Below are positions 29,063 through 37,326 of a stretch of DNA of 64,000 bases, piece by piece (within the stretch, counting starts at the first letter, position 1; the number at the start of each line of letters is the position of its first letter). The position numbers and the translations under genes were made by a program. The stretch is from Austwickia sp. (GTDB lineage Bacteria > Actinomycetota > Actinomycetes > Actinomycetales > Dermatophilaceae). The notes beneath the pieces were generated by a model that saw only the letters and a list, made by a program, of their open reading frames with translations, was not told where the DNA came from and ran no database searches. Location of the stretch: positions 102,165 through 166,164 of the forward strand of contig JADJTI010000004.1 in assembly GCA_016711265.1 (NCBI GenBank), read 5' to 3'.

Positions 29063-29451
29063 CGGGGCAGCTCGATCACCACGTTGGTGGCCTTGATCGA
29101 GGCGACGGCCAGTACGCCGGGCTCAAGTGCCAGCTCGTCGGCCGCCTCCCGGCTGATCAGCGACACCACCCGGAACGGCCCGGCCTGGAGCTCCACCTGA
29201 GCCATCACGGTGTCCTTGGTGACCTTCGTGACCAGGCCGGTGAAGCGGTTGCGGGCCGACTCCCGCGATCGTGACTCGCCCCCGGGATCGGCCGCCAGCT
29301 CCTGGGCGAACCGGGCGAGCTCGGCGCCCTCAACGACCCGCCGGTATCCGTCCTGGATGGTCGTCAGGCGGCCGTGGTCGGCCCATCGGCGGACCGTGTC
29401 GTCACTGACTCCCAGCAGACGGGCGGCTTCGCTCATCCGAAACATGCTCAC
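29059..29451 (-). CDS. HTH (MerR/excisionase-type) plus Mop/TOBE-domain molybdate-responsive regulator
   Basis: 130 aa. It has an N-terminal HTH (MSEAARLLGVSDDTVRRWADHGRL) and a C-terminal TOBE/Mop-like domain (RNRFTGLVTKVTKDTVMAQVELQAGPFRVVSLISREAADELALEPGVLAVASIKATNVVIE). Confidence 0.7.
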   Translation of the reverse strand: MSMFRMSEAARLLGVSDDTVRRWADHGRLTTIQDGYRRVVEGAELARFAQELAADPGGESRSRESARNRFTGLVTKVTKDTVMAQVELQAGPFRVVSLISREAADELALEPGVLAVASIKATNVVIELPR

Positions 29452-29559
29452 CGGGTGAGCCTAGTCCGCAAGTGCGCCGCAACCAATCCTATTTTGCCCG
29501 AAATTGCGGAGCTTGGAGCGCCCCGGATCCGCATCTGCGGCAGCTCCTCCGGTACGCCG

Positions 29560-31833
29560 TCAGCCGGCCAGAGCGACCGGCGCACCCTCGGTTGCCTCGG
29601 GGAGGGGCAGCGCGGCGGACAACCGCGTGCCGCTCTGGGAACTGATCACCGTCAGACGGCCGCCGACCTCCTGGGCCCAAGCCCTCATCGCACCGGCGTC
29701 CGACGCCGTCCCCTCGGATGCGGAGCCGGCCGGTCCGGGCGGCCCGCCCTGCGTCAGGACGGTGAGATCCAACCCCTGGCCAGGATGGGCCACAACGCGC
29801 ACCGCGATCTCGCCGATATCCTCGTGGGCTGCGGCATGCCGCAACGCCGCCCGGATGATCCGGTAGGCAGCAACCTCCACCGGCGCCGGCACCCTGGCGC
29901 CGCCTAGGTCCACGGCGACCCGCGCGCCGGGCACGAGCTCGGCGACCAGGTCGTTCAGAGCCGCGAACAGGCCTCGCTCGAGCACGTCCGGTCGCAGCTC
30001 ACCCATGAGATGGCAAACGGCGGCACCGGCAGCGACCAGGTCGTCAATCACCGGATCGAGCAGGGCCGCGGTTCGCTGCGAGGGCATCCGCAACCGTGCC
30101 GCCTCGAGCCTGGCCTGGCATTCCTGCACGGTCGGCAGGAAGGTGTCGTGCAGTTCAGCACGGATCCACTGCCGGTCGTGGTCGCGCTGGGCCACGATCC
30201 CGGCGTGACCGTGCATGGCCTCCCAGGTGGCGCGGCTCTCGGCGATGGCCTCGGCGGCGCGGCGCGCGGCGCGATGCAGAATGGCGCTCTGATGCTCATC
30301 GGCCTCAGGTGAGCCACTCTGACCCCCGCAGGTCGCTTCCAGTACGCCGATCACGCGGCTTCCGTCGTCAATGGGCACCACGGCGTGCGGTTGACCGTCG
30401 GCACCGGCCTCGGCGACGGTGACCAGCTCACCACCGAGCTCGGCGCGGACGCGGACCCCCGCGACGCCGGCGCACGCCATCACGGACTGGGCGATCTCGC
30501 CGACCGTCGCCCGCGGCTGCGGCGCCGGCATCCCATCGGCGAGGGTGGTGTACGCGGCGGGCGCGTCGCCGTACCGGATCGTTGTCGACAGCGATCCCAG
30601 CCAGCGCCACCACCAGGGAGCCGAGGTAGCCGCGAGCGCAGTCCCCGCGAGCCCGGCCAGCACCGGTGCCACCCAGGGGTAGGCGCTCAACGCCGGTGGC
30701 AGGAAGGCGAGCGCCGCGCTGGCGATCAGGTACGCCGCGGCGACCGCCAGGACTGCGGTCAGCCCGCGCTGCCACCACCGATCGCCCCGACCGTGCGGGT
30801 CGGGCAGCACCCCGGCGGCCAGGCCCACCCCCAGGAACGGCACCGGCAGCAGGTACCCCCATGGCACACCCTGGCGGTACATCAGGTAGCCGACGGGGGC
30901 CATCACCAGCGCCGGTACCAGCGCGGCCGACCAGCGGCGAGCCCCGGCCCCGGCTCGCCTGGCCCGCAGCAGGATCGCGATCACCGCGCCGATGGTGCTG
31001 AGGGTCGTGATCAGCGCGGCGATCAGCCAGCCGACAGTGAGGATGGTGGCCGCCAGACCGATCCTGCGGCTCTCTTCGATCAGGTCCGCGTTGGGGCTGA
31101 CGGCGGCGGCGTCCATGAGGCACCCGGCACCGGCGGCCGCGGCGAAGGCGGCGACGTCAAGCCAGCCGCGGGCCCGGTCGGTAGCCGGCGGGTTCGGGTA
31201 GCACATCAGCAGGACCGGCAGCAGCCCCACGGGCAGCCACCAGGTCCAGTGCGCCAGCCAGGCGCCGACCAGCAGGCCCGACCAGGCCGTGGTGGCCAAC
31301 GCCAGCAGCGCCAGCAAGCCGACCGCCGCGATCAGCAGCGCGCTCAGATGACGTGGCCGGCGGTTCACGACGATCAGCCCCGCCGGGAGGAACCCGAGGG
31401 TGAGCACGGCGCTGAGGCCCACCACGGGGGCCGGGATCGCGGAGTCGCGGTGGGCACCGAGCGCCACCCCGGCCACGCCCAGCAGCAGGAGGACGCCGGC
31501 CGCGGCGAGGAGGGACTGCCAGGGCGGCGGCGGCCACGCGAACCGCAGCAACCGCTGGGTCCAGGACCGTCGTGGCCCCGTGCCGGTGGCGGGCGCCGGG
31601 ACCAGGCTAGGGCTTGGTCGGGAGGTCGGTGCGGTATCTGCGGGCGCTGCGGGCAGGTCTGGGCCAGACTCCGGGCGGGTCGGGCCGGGAAGGACGCGGG
31701 CGAGCCGTCCCCGCCCGCGACTCTGCCCGCTCGGGCCACGGTCGCGGTGTGGCCAGCGGCGGGGTCGCGGCGCGGACTGCCCGGCCGACTCGGTGGTGGG
31801 CACCGTCTCCGGGTACGACGAGCGAACGTGCAC
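29560..31833 (-). CDS. Sensor histidine kinase (HisKA_3 / NarX-LiaS type) with a large polytopic N-terminal domain
   Basis: About 10 hydrophobic segments are followed by a cytoplasmic linker. It has a His box (WIRAELHDTFLPTV) and a C-terminal HATPase-like region (...AAYRIIRAALRHAAAHE...GGRLTVISSQSGTRLSAALPL). The start codon is uncertain, and the N-terminal ~100 aa are low-complexity. Confidence 0.75.
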   Translation of the reverse strand: MHVRSSYPETVPTTESAGQSAPRPRRWPHRDRGPSGQSRGRGRLARVLPGPTRPESGPDLPAAPADTAPTSRPSPSLVPAPATGTGPRRSWTQRLLRFAWPPPPWQSLLAAAGVLLLLGVAGVALGAHRDSAIPAPVVGLSAVLTLGFLPAGLIVVNRRPRHLSALLIAAVGLLALLALATTAWSGLLVGAWLAHWTWWLPVGLLPVLLMCYPNPPATDRARGWLDVAAFAAAAGAGCLMDAAAVSPNADLIEESRRIGLAATILTVGWLIAALITTLSTIGAVIAILLRARRAGAGARRWSAALVPALVMAPVGYLMYRQGVPWGYLLPVPFLGVGLAAGVLPDPHGRGDRWWQRGLTAVLAVAAAYLIASAALAFLPPALSAYPWVAPVLAGLAGTALAATSAPWWWRWLGSLSTTIRYGDAPAAYTTLADGMPAPQPRATVGEIAQSVMACAGVAGVRVRAELGGELVTVAEAGADGQPHAVVPIDDGSRVIGVLEATCGGQSGSPEADEHQSAILHRAARRAAEAIAESRATWEAMHGHAGIVAQRDHDRQWIRAELHDTFLPTVQECQARLEAARLRMPSQRTAALLDPVIDDLVAAGAAVCHLMGELRPDVLERGLFAALNDLVAELVPGARVAVDLGGARVPAPVEVAAYRIIRAALRHAAAHEDIGEIAVRVVAHPGQGLDLTVLTQGGPPGPAGSASEGTASDAGAMRAWAQEVGGRLTVISSQSGTRLSAALPLPEATEGAPVALAG

Positions 31834-32028
31834 CGGCGTGTCCTTCCTCGGAGCGACCCCGTGAGGTCATGAAGTCCATTGCAGGACAAGGTCTTTGGTG
31901 ACAGACCTGATCACTGTCGATGGTGACACGGCGGGCCGGGCGGTGATTCGCGCCACGCCGCAGGTCACAGCACCGAAGCCACCGAGCCGTGGGCACCGCG
32001 GCGATGGCGGCGGTGGTCGTGAGCACGC

Positions 32029-32892
32029 TCAGTGGTGGTGGCCGCCCATCCCCTGCAGCCGACGGATCCGCTCGTCCATCGGCGGGTGGGTGCTGAACAG
32101 CTTCGAGACGTCCTGGGCCCGGAACGGGTTGGCGATCATCATGTGCGCCGCGTTGACCACCTGCGGCTCGGGGGCCAACGGCGCCGCCGAGGTCCCGCGC
32201 TCCAGCTTCGCCAGTGCCGAGGCCAGCGCCAGCGGATCTCCGGTGAGGCGGGCGCCATCCTCGTCGGCGTCGAATTCCCGCGTCCGGCTGATGGCCATCT
32301 GGATGAGCATTGCCGCCAGCGGGGCCAACAGTGCCAAGGCGATCATAGCCACGGGGTTGGGCCGCTCCTCGTTGTCGCCGAAACCGCCGCCGAAGAAGAG
32401 CATCATCTGCGCGACGCTGGTGATCACCCCGGCCAGGGCGGCCGCCACGGAGGAGGTCAGGATGTCGCGGTTGTATACATGCATCAACTCATGGCCCAGG
32501 ACTCCCCGCAGCTCCCGTTCGTCCAGCAGCGCCAGGATGCCCTCGGTGCAGCAGACCGCGGCATTGGCGGGGTTGCGCCCAGTTGCGAAGGCGTTCGGCG
32601 CCTGGGTCGGCGAGATGTAGAGCCGAGGCATCGGCTTACCGGCTCGCGTGCTGAGCTCGCGCACGATCCGGTACATCGCCGGCGCCTGCGCCTCGCTGAC
32701 GGGGTAGGCCCGCATGGCGCGAATCGCGAGCTTGTCGCTGTTCCAATACCCATAGAAGGTGACCGCCACCCCGATGAGGGCGAACAGCCAGATGAACCGT
32801 CCCCCGCCGATCAACGATCCCAGGCCCAGCAGCAGCGCGAAGATCGCGGCGAACAGTCCGGCCGTCTTCAACCCGTTGAAGTGGTGGTGCAT
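32029..32892 (-). CDS. htpX: Membrane zinc metalloprotease HtpX
   Basis: The internal ATG at 32892 gives MHHHFNGLKTAGLFAAIFALLLG.... The HEXXH motif (GVLGHELMHVYNRD) and a C-terminal ...REFDADEDGARLTGDP...THPPMDERIRRL are present. Confidence 0.9.
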   Translation of the reverse strand: MHHHFNGLKTAGLFAAIFALLLGLGSLIGGGRFIWLFALIGVAVTFYGYWNSDKLAIRAMRAYPVSEAQAPAMYRIVRELSTRAGKPMPRLYISPTQAPNAFATGRNPANAAVCCTEGILALLDERELRGVLGHELMHVYNRDILTSSVAAALAGVITSVAQMMLFFGGGFGDNEERPNPVAMIALALLAPLAAMLIQMAISRTREFDADEDGARLTGDPLALASALAKLERGTSAAPLAPEPQVVNAAHMMIANPFRAQDVSKLFSTHPPMDERIRRLQGMGGHHH

Positions 32893-32905
32893 ACCCGCTG
32901 AACGC

Positions 32906-33346
32906 CTACCTTGCCGGTCGTGTTCCGGTCCGGCGGGCCCGCGGGGACGGCGCCAGCGCGCCCGGATCCAGCGGCTCCGGAGCGGGGACGAGCGGCCACA
33001 GGGCTGCCAGCGCCGGCCGCTCCAGGACGAGTGCGCCGCGGCCCGGGGCTCCCTGCCCGGCGACGGGGTCCGGCGTCCAGGCCAGGGCGTCGAACGGGCA
33101 GGCGTCGACGCACTGCCCGCAGTACATGCACAGGCCGAAGTCGATGGCGAATCGGTCCAGGACGTGCTCGACCCGGGTACGGCGCTGGTCCCGGTGTCCG
33201 CCACCGCCTTCACTGCGGGGCTCGGCTCGGGTGTGCGAGGTGATGTGGATGCACCAGACCGGGCACTCCCGCACACATACCATGCAACTGGTACAACGGC
33301 CTTCGTGCAGGGCGAGTGACCCGCGCGATCTCGGTGGCGTGCTCAT
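32906..33346 (-). CDS. NuoI-like 2x[4Fe-4S] ferredoxin subunit (paralogue outside the nuo operon)
   Basis: 146 aa starting at the ATG at 33346, which overlaps the upstream stop as ATGA. It has two CxxCxxCxxxCP motifs ([12 protein letters not shown] and [12 protein letters not shown]). Confidence 0.7.
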   Translation of the reverse strand: MSTPPRSRGSLALHEGRCTSCMVCVRECPVWCIHITSHTRAEPRSEGGGGHRDQRRTRVEHVLDRFAIDFGLCMYCGQCVDACPFDALAWTPDPVAGQGAPGRGALVLERPALAALWPLVPAPEPLDPGALAPSPRARRTGTRPAR

Positions 33347-33948
33347 GCTCGCCCAGCCAGACCCTGCGACCGCGTGGCGTCCGGCTCCGGCACCCCGAGC
33401 GGACGCATCCGGCGTCGCCCGCCGCGTGCGGCGCCCTCGACGCCGGACTCCCCCGGCTCCACCACACCCGGCCACGGTGTCTGCGTGCGCGCCGGTAGCA
33501 GCGCCGACTTCCGCAACGGCAGCACCGGCCCGCGATCGGCCGTGTCGGCAGGGCCAGCGGTGTCGGCGATGAGCCCATCCAGCAGCAACGGCCGCAGCCC
33601 GAGATCGGTGTGATCGGTGAAACCGTCGAACCACACGCCGTACATCTCCCAGGCCTCACGCTCATGCCAGGAGGCTCCCGGCCACAGGCCAGTCAGGCTC
33701 GGGATGTCTTCGCCTTCGTTCACCTGGGCGTGAAAGCGGCGGCAATGGTAGGTGGCGTCCGGCCCACGCGGCCGGATCAGCTGCACGGTCACCCGACACC
33801 CGGTGAGGTCGGGCTCCTCGACCAGCGCCAGCCAGTCGAAGACGGTCCAGCCAGTGTCCTTCGCGCGCCGCAGCTCGGGCACCCACGCGCGCAGGTCGAT
33901 CGCCGTGTCGGTCGGCGGCGCGGCCGCGAACTCGCTGGGCTCGGTCAC
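33343..33948 (-). CDS. NuoC-like (30-kDa subunit family) protein (paralogue outside the nuo operon)
   Basis: 201 aa starting at the GTG at 33948, which overlaps the upstream TGA as GTGA. The family signature is present ([27 protein letters not shown]...RPLLL...PLRK). Confidence 0.7.
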   Translation of the reverse strand: MTEPSEFAAAPPTDTAIDLRAWVPELRRAKDTGWTVFDWLALVEEPDLTGCRVTVQLIRPRGPDATYHCRRFHAQVNEGEDIPSLTGLWPGASWHEREAWEMYGVWFDGFTDHTDLGLRPLLLDGLIADTAGPADTADRGPVLPLRKSALLPARTQTPWPGVVEPGESGVEGAARGGRRRMRPLGVPEPDATRSQGLAGRA

Positions 33949-34331
33949 GAGTCGACCGGCCCGGACGACGGGGTGGGCAGGTCGGCCAGCGCCGCTCGCA
34001 GTGCCTCCGGGCGAGGCGGACACCCCGGAACCACGACATCCACCGGGAGCACCTCCCCGACCCCGGGCACCACGGCGTAGGAGTCCCAGTACGGGCCGCC
34101 GGTGGTGGCGCATGCACCGAAGGCGACCACGGTCACGGGACCGTCCAGGGCGTCGTACCGGGCGCGGATCGCGGGGGCCATCGCGTGGGTCACCGTCCCG
34201 GCGACCACGAACACCGTGCCTCGGACCTCCCCCGCCGCGTCGACCTTCGGACCGAGGCCGGCCCGGCACGCTGTGGACTCCAGCGCACAGCAGGCCAAGC
34301 CCGCTTCGACGAACGCCAGGGGGTCGGCCAT
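33945..34331 (-). CDS. NuoB-like (20-kDa / Oxidored_q6 family) Fe-S subunit (paralogue outside the nuo operon)
   Basis: 128 aa. GLACCALE, GACATTGG and PGCPPRPE align with [16 protein letters not shown] and PGCPPRPE of the canonical NuoB at 52309-52890. All four cluster-N2-type Cys residues are therefore retained. The N-terminal ~40 aa of canonical NuoB are absent. Confidence 0.75.
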   Translation of the reverse strand: MADPLAFVEAGLACCALESTACRAGLGPKVDAAGEVRGTVFVVAGTVTHAMAPAIRARYDALDGPVTVVAFGACATTGGPYWDSYAVVPGVGEVLPVDVVVPGCPPRPEALRAALADLPTPSSGPVDS

Positions 34332-34399
34332 GAGGTCACCCTACGGCGCGCGCCCGCCACCGGTCATCCGGCGGCGCGCAGCGGTCTAGCATCGACCGG

Positions 34400-35308
34400 G
34401 TGACGTCGTCCGGTGACCAGGCTGGTACCAACCGCGCCGGCATCCTGTACGGCGTCGCGGCATACGGGCTGTGGGGAGTCTTCCCGGCGTACTTCTTGGC
34501 GCTCCATGCCGGGCCGATCGAGATCCTCGGCCACCGGATCCTCTGGAGCCTGGCCGTCTGCCTGGGCATTGTGGCGATACAACGCCGCTGGGGGGCCCTG
34601 GGCGCGGTCTTCCGGCACCGGCGACAGTTGGCTGCGGCCGCAGCCGCCGCGAGCCTGATCTCCATCAACTGGTTGACGTACCTGATCGCGGTCACCACCG
34701 GGCGGATCACCGAAGCGGCCCTCGGATACTTCCTCAACCCGCTGGTCAGTATCGCCCTCGGGCTGGTCTTGCTGGGTGAACGACTGCGCCCGCCCCAGGC
34801 GCTGGCGGCCGCGGTGGGCCTGTTGGGGGGCGGTTACCTCGCCGTGGCCGCGCGGACGCCGTCATGGATCGCCGCCACCTTGGCCTGTTCCTTCGGTCTG
34901 TACGGGCTGGTCAAGAAGCGATTGGCCGTGGGGGCCGTGGTCGGCCTGACGGTGGAGACGGCGGTCCTGGTGCCGGCCGCTGTCGTCGTGCTCTGGTGGG
35001 CTCCCGACGGCTCGACGTTCGCCAGTCGCGGCTCGACCCACGCGGCCCTCCTGATCGGCATGGGCGTGGTGACGGCGATCCCGTTGCTGCTGTTCGCGGC
35101 CGCCGCCCGCCGAGTGCCCCTCGTCGTGGTCGGCCTGCTGCAGTTCATCGCGCCGGTCCTGCAGTTCCTGTTCGGGCTATTCCGCGGCGAACCGATGTCC
35201 CTGCACCGTTGGATCGGGTTCGCCATCGTGTGGCTGGCGCTCGGGATTCTCATTCTCGACATGCTGCGCGGCAGCGGCGTGTTGCGTGCCCGGGGGCCCG
35301 CCGGGTAG
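34400..35308 (+). CDS. rarD: EamA/RarD-family transporter
   Basis: 302 aa with 10 TM segments. ...GILYGVAAYGLWGVFPAYFLAL...EILGHRILWSL... is typical of the RarD subfamily. Confidence 0.8.
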   Translation: MTSSGDQAGTNRAGILYGVAAYGLWGVFPAYFLALHAGPIEILGHRILWSLAVCLGIVAIQRRWGALGAVFRHRRQLAAAAAAASLISINWLTYLIAVTTGRITEAALGYFLNPLVSIALGLVLLGERLRPPQALAAAVGLLGGGYLAVAARTPSWIAATLACSFGLYGLVKKRLAVGAVVGLTVETAVLVPAAVVVLWWAPDGSTFASRGSTHAALLIGMGVVTAIPLLLFAAAARRVPLVVVGLLQFIAPVLQFLFGLFRGEPMSLHRWIGFAIVWLALGILILDMLRGSGVLRARGPAG

Positions 35309-35503
35309 GCGCGTTTGGCGCCTCCACGGCACCGGCTAACGCAGCTCTACCCTTCACGACCGGTGGACCGACCACCCGGTTGCATCATCGCAGGCCACAG
35401 GCTTGCCTGATTATGTCAGCCGCGCTGAAGGGTAGCGTTGTGTACGTTGATCCTGGTCATCAGCGCTTCTAGCGCACCGCCACAGGCCCGGTGGCCAGGG
35501 CGC

Positions 35504-36103
35504 TCAGGCGGTGGTGGGGGTCGGAGTCACCAGGATCGAGGCGAAGTCGCGCAGCATCCGACGGCAGCGTTCGTCGTCCCCGTCGACGAGCCAGCCGAGC
35601 ATGACCCCATCCAGCCAGGCCAGGATCATCCGGGGTGCATCGTCCAGGGAGAACCTGAGGTCCCCGTCCTTGAGGCCGATCCCCTCTTTGAGGTATTTAT
35701 CAATCACTTCCAGGTACGCCCGGTGCAGCGACTTGGCGGCGTCGCCCTCGCCGCGGATGGACCAAGCCACCAGCTCGTAGCCCAGGAGCTGCCGTCCGCG
35801 ATCGGCCATCATGACATCAGCGAAAACCTGCAACGCGGTCTCCAGCGCGTCCACGAGTTCGCCGGGCTCGGCGGCGCTGATGGCCTCGCTGACCGGGCCG
35901 ATGATCGGCGTCACGAACGATTCCGCAACCGCCTTGAGCAGCGCCTCCTTGCTGTTGAAGCAGTAGTGCACGACACCCAGGGAGACGTTGGCCTCCTCAG
36001 CGATGTTCCGCACCGACGCCTCAGCCAAGCCTTTTCGTACGGCTAGCTGAATCGTCGCTTCGATGAGCTGTTCTCTACGCTGGTCAGCGGGCTTTCGCGA
36101 CAT
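35504..36103 (-). CDS. TetR-family transcriptional regulator
   Basis: The ATG at 36103 gives MSRKPADQRREQLIEATIQLAVRKGLAEASVRNIAEEANVSLGVVHYCFNSKEALL (TetR HTH). The C-terminal ligand domain is variable. Confidence 0.85.
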   Translation of the reverse strand: MSRKPADQRREQLIEATIQLAVRKGLAEASVRNIAEEANVSLGVVHYCFNSKEALLKAVAESFVTPIIGPVSEAISAAEPGELVDALETALQVFADVMMADRGRQLLGYELVAWSIRGEGDAAKSLHRAYLEVIDKYLKEGIGLKDGDLRFSLDDAPRMILAWLDGVMLGWLVDGDDERCRRMLRDFASILVTPTPTTA

Positions 36104-36273
36104 AAGTGAAAGTCTATGGTCGCCGCGCGGGTGCGCTATCAACACCAGCGATCAAGTTGGACGACTCATTGCACGTCGTTACCAAGTCTTTAGTCGACAC
36201 TGTCGGAAACCCGTCAACTCTCTGGAGGCGATGCGACGCCGGCGTGATCGCCGCAGCCGTATTGTGACACGCG

Positions 36274-37326
36274 CTAGACATGGCGGTCGACTACGCCGGT
36301 CGCCAAGCCGATCAACGCCCGCGTGACCGGCGACGAGCCGAGCGGCGCAAGGAGCGCAGCCGCCTCCCGGGCCACCCCACGGGTGTGCTCGGCGGCCTGG
36401 GCCACCGCCGGATGCACCCGCAGCAGCGCGAGCGCCTCGGCGTGGGCCTCGTCGTCGGCCGCCAGGTCGGCGGCCAACAGCTCCTGCAGACGCGCGTCCG
36501 CCGGATCCGTCGAGCGTTTCGCCCACAGCACCGGGAGGGTGTCCACACCTTCACGCAGGTCGGTTCCCGGTGTCTTGCCTGACGCCCCGCTGGTGGCGGT
36601 GATGTCGAGCAGATCGTCAGCCAGCTGGAACGCCATCCCCAACCGTTCGCCGTACGCAGCCAACACCTCGATGCTCTCCGGCGCGCACCCGGAGAACATC
36701 GCCCCGTACCGGGCCGCCGTCGAGATCAGCGAACCGGTCTTGTCGCGCAGCACGCCCAGGTAGTACTCCACCGGGTCGACCCCGGCCGGCGCCGAACGTA
36801 CGTCGCGGATCTGGCCCGCGCAGAGCGTGACGAAGGTGCGGGCCTGGATCTTGACGGCCTCCGGGCCGAGGTCGGCGACGATCTCCGAGGCTGTGCCGAA
36901 CAGCAGGTCGCCGACGAGGATCGCCGTCGAGTTACCGTACGCGGCATTGGCGCTGACCGCACCGCGACGAAGCGACGCCTCGTCCATCACGTCGTCGTGG
37001 TAGAGCGAGGCCAGGTGGGTCAGCTCCACCGCCGCGGCCGCGGCGACCACATCCTCACCGGCGCCATCACCCACCTCGGCGGCCAGCAGGCACAGCAGCG
37101 GCCGGAACCTCTTGCCCCCCGCGCCCAACAGGTGCGCGCTCGCCTCGGCGATGAACGGGTCCTCGTGGTCGACGCGTGCCCGAAGAAACGCCTCGACCCG
37201 CCCGAGCCCCTCGGTGAGGCGGCCCGCCAGGTCCGCCTCACACCCGGGGAGCTGCCCTGCGATAGGCGGCACGGGTGGCGTCGGGTCGTGCGGCGCCGTC
37301 GCAGCCACAGGGACAGGGGTCGTCAT
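36274..37326 (-). CDS. Polyprenyl diphosphate synthase (trans-IPPS, long-chain type)
   Basis: The ATG at 37326 overlaps the nuoN stop as ATGA. Two Asp-rich motifs are present (LYHDDVMDE and QLADDLLD). Its position after nuoN is common in actinobacteria. Confidence 0.85.
   Translation of the reverse strand: MTTPVPVAATAPHDPTPPVPPIAGQLPGCEADLAGRLTEGLGRVEAFLRARVDHEDPFIAEASAHLLGAGGKRFRPLLCLLAAEVGDGAGEDVVAAAAAVELTHLASLYHDDVMDEASLRRGAVSANAAYGNSTAILVGDLLFGTASEIVADLGPEAVKIQARTFVTLCAGQIRDVRSAPAGVDPVEYYLGVLRDKTGSLISTAARYGAMFSGCAPESIEVLAAYGERLGMAFQLADDLLDITATSGASGKTPGTDLREGVDTLPVLWAKRSTDPADARLQELLAADLAADDEAHAEALALLRVHPAVAQAAEHTRGVAREAAALLAPLGSSPVTRALIGLATGVVDRHV

Noticed and set aside
29452-29559. Possible Moco riboswitch upstream of the Mop-domain regulator and transporter pair.
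   Set aside because: The 108-nt spacer is shorter than typical Moco RNA elements, and I could not recognise their conserved segments. A covariance-model scan would be needed to exclude it formally.
32893-33276. N-terminal extensions offered by the ORF track. Examples: htpX as 415 aa, tsaD as 506 aa, nuoB as 271 aa, nuoK as 259 aa, nuoH as 493 aa, the polyprenyl synthase as 476 aa and the ligase as 496 aa.
   Set aside because: The extensions overlap the preceding gene and are Arg/Pro-rich. Internal starts give family-typical N-termini and ATGA/GTGA coupling with the upstream stop.
35309-35503. 10-nt inverted repeat (ctacccttca ... tgaagggtag, arms about 65 nt apart) and a small hairpin after rarD, considered as a possible sRNA or riboswitch.
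   Set aside because: It lies between convergent genes, where terminator-like structures are expected. I recognised no conserved RNA family features.
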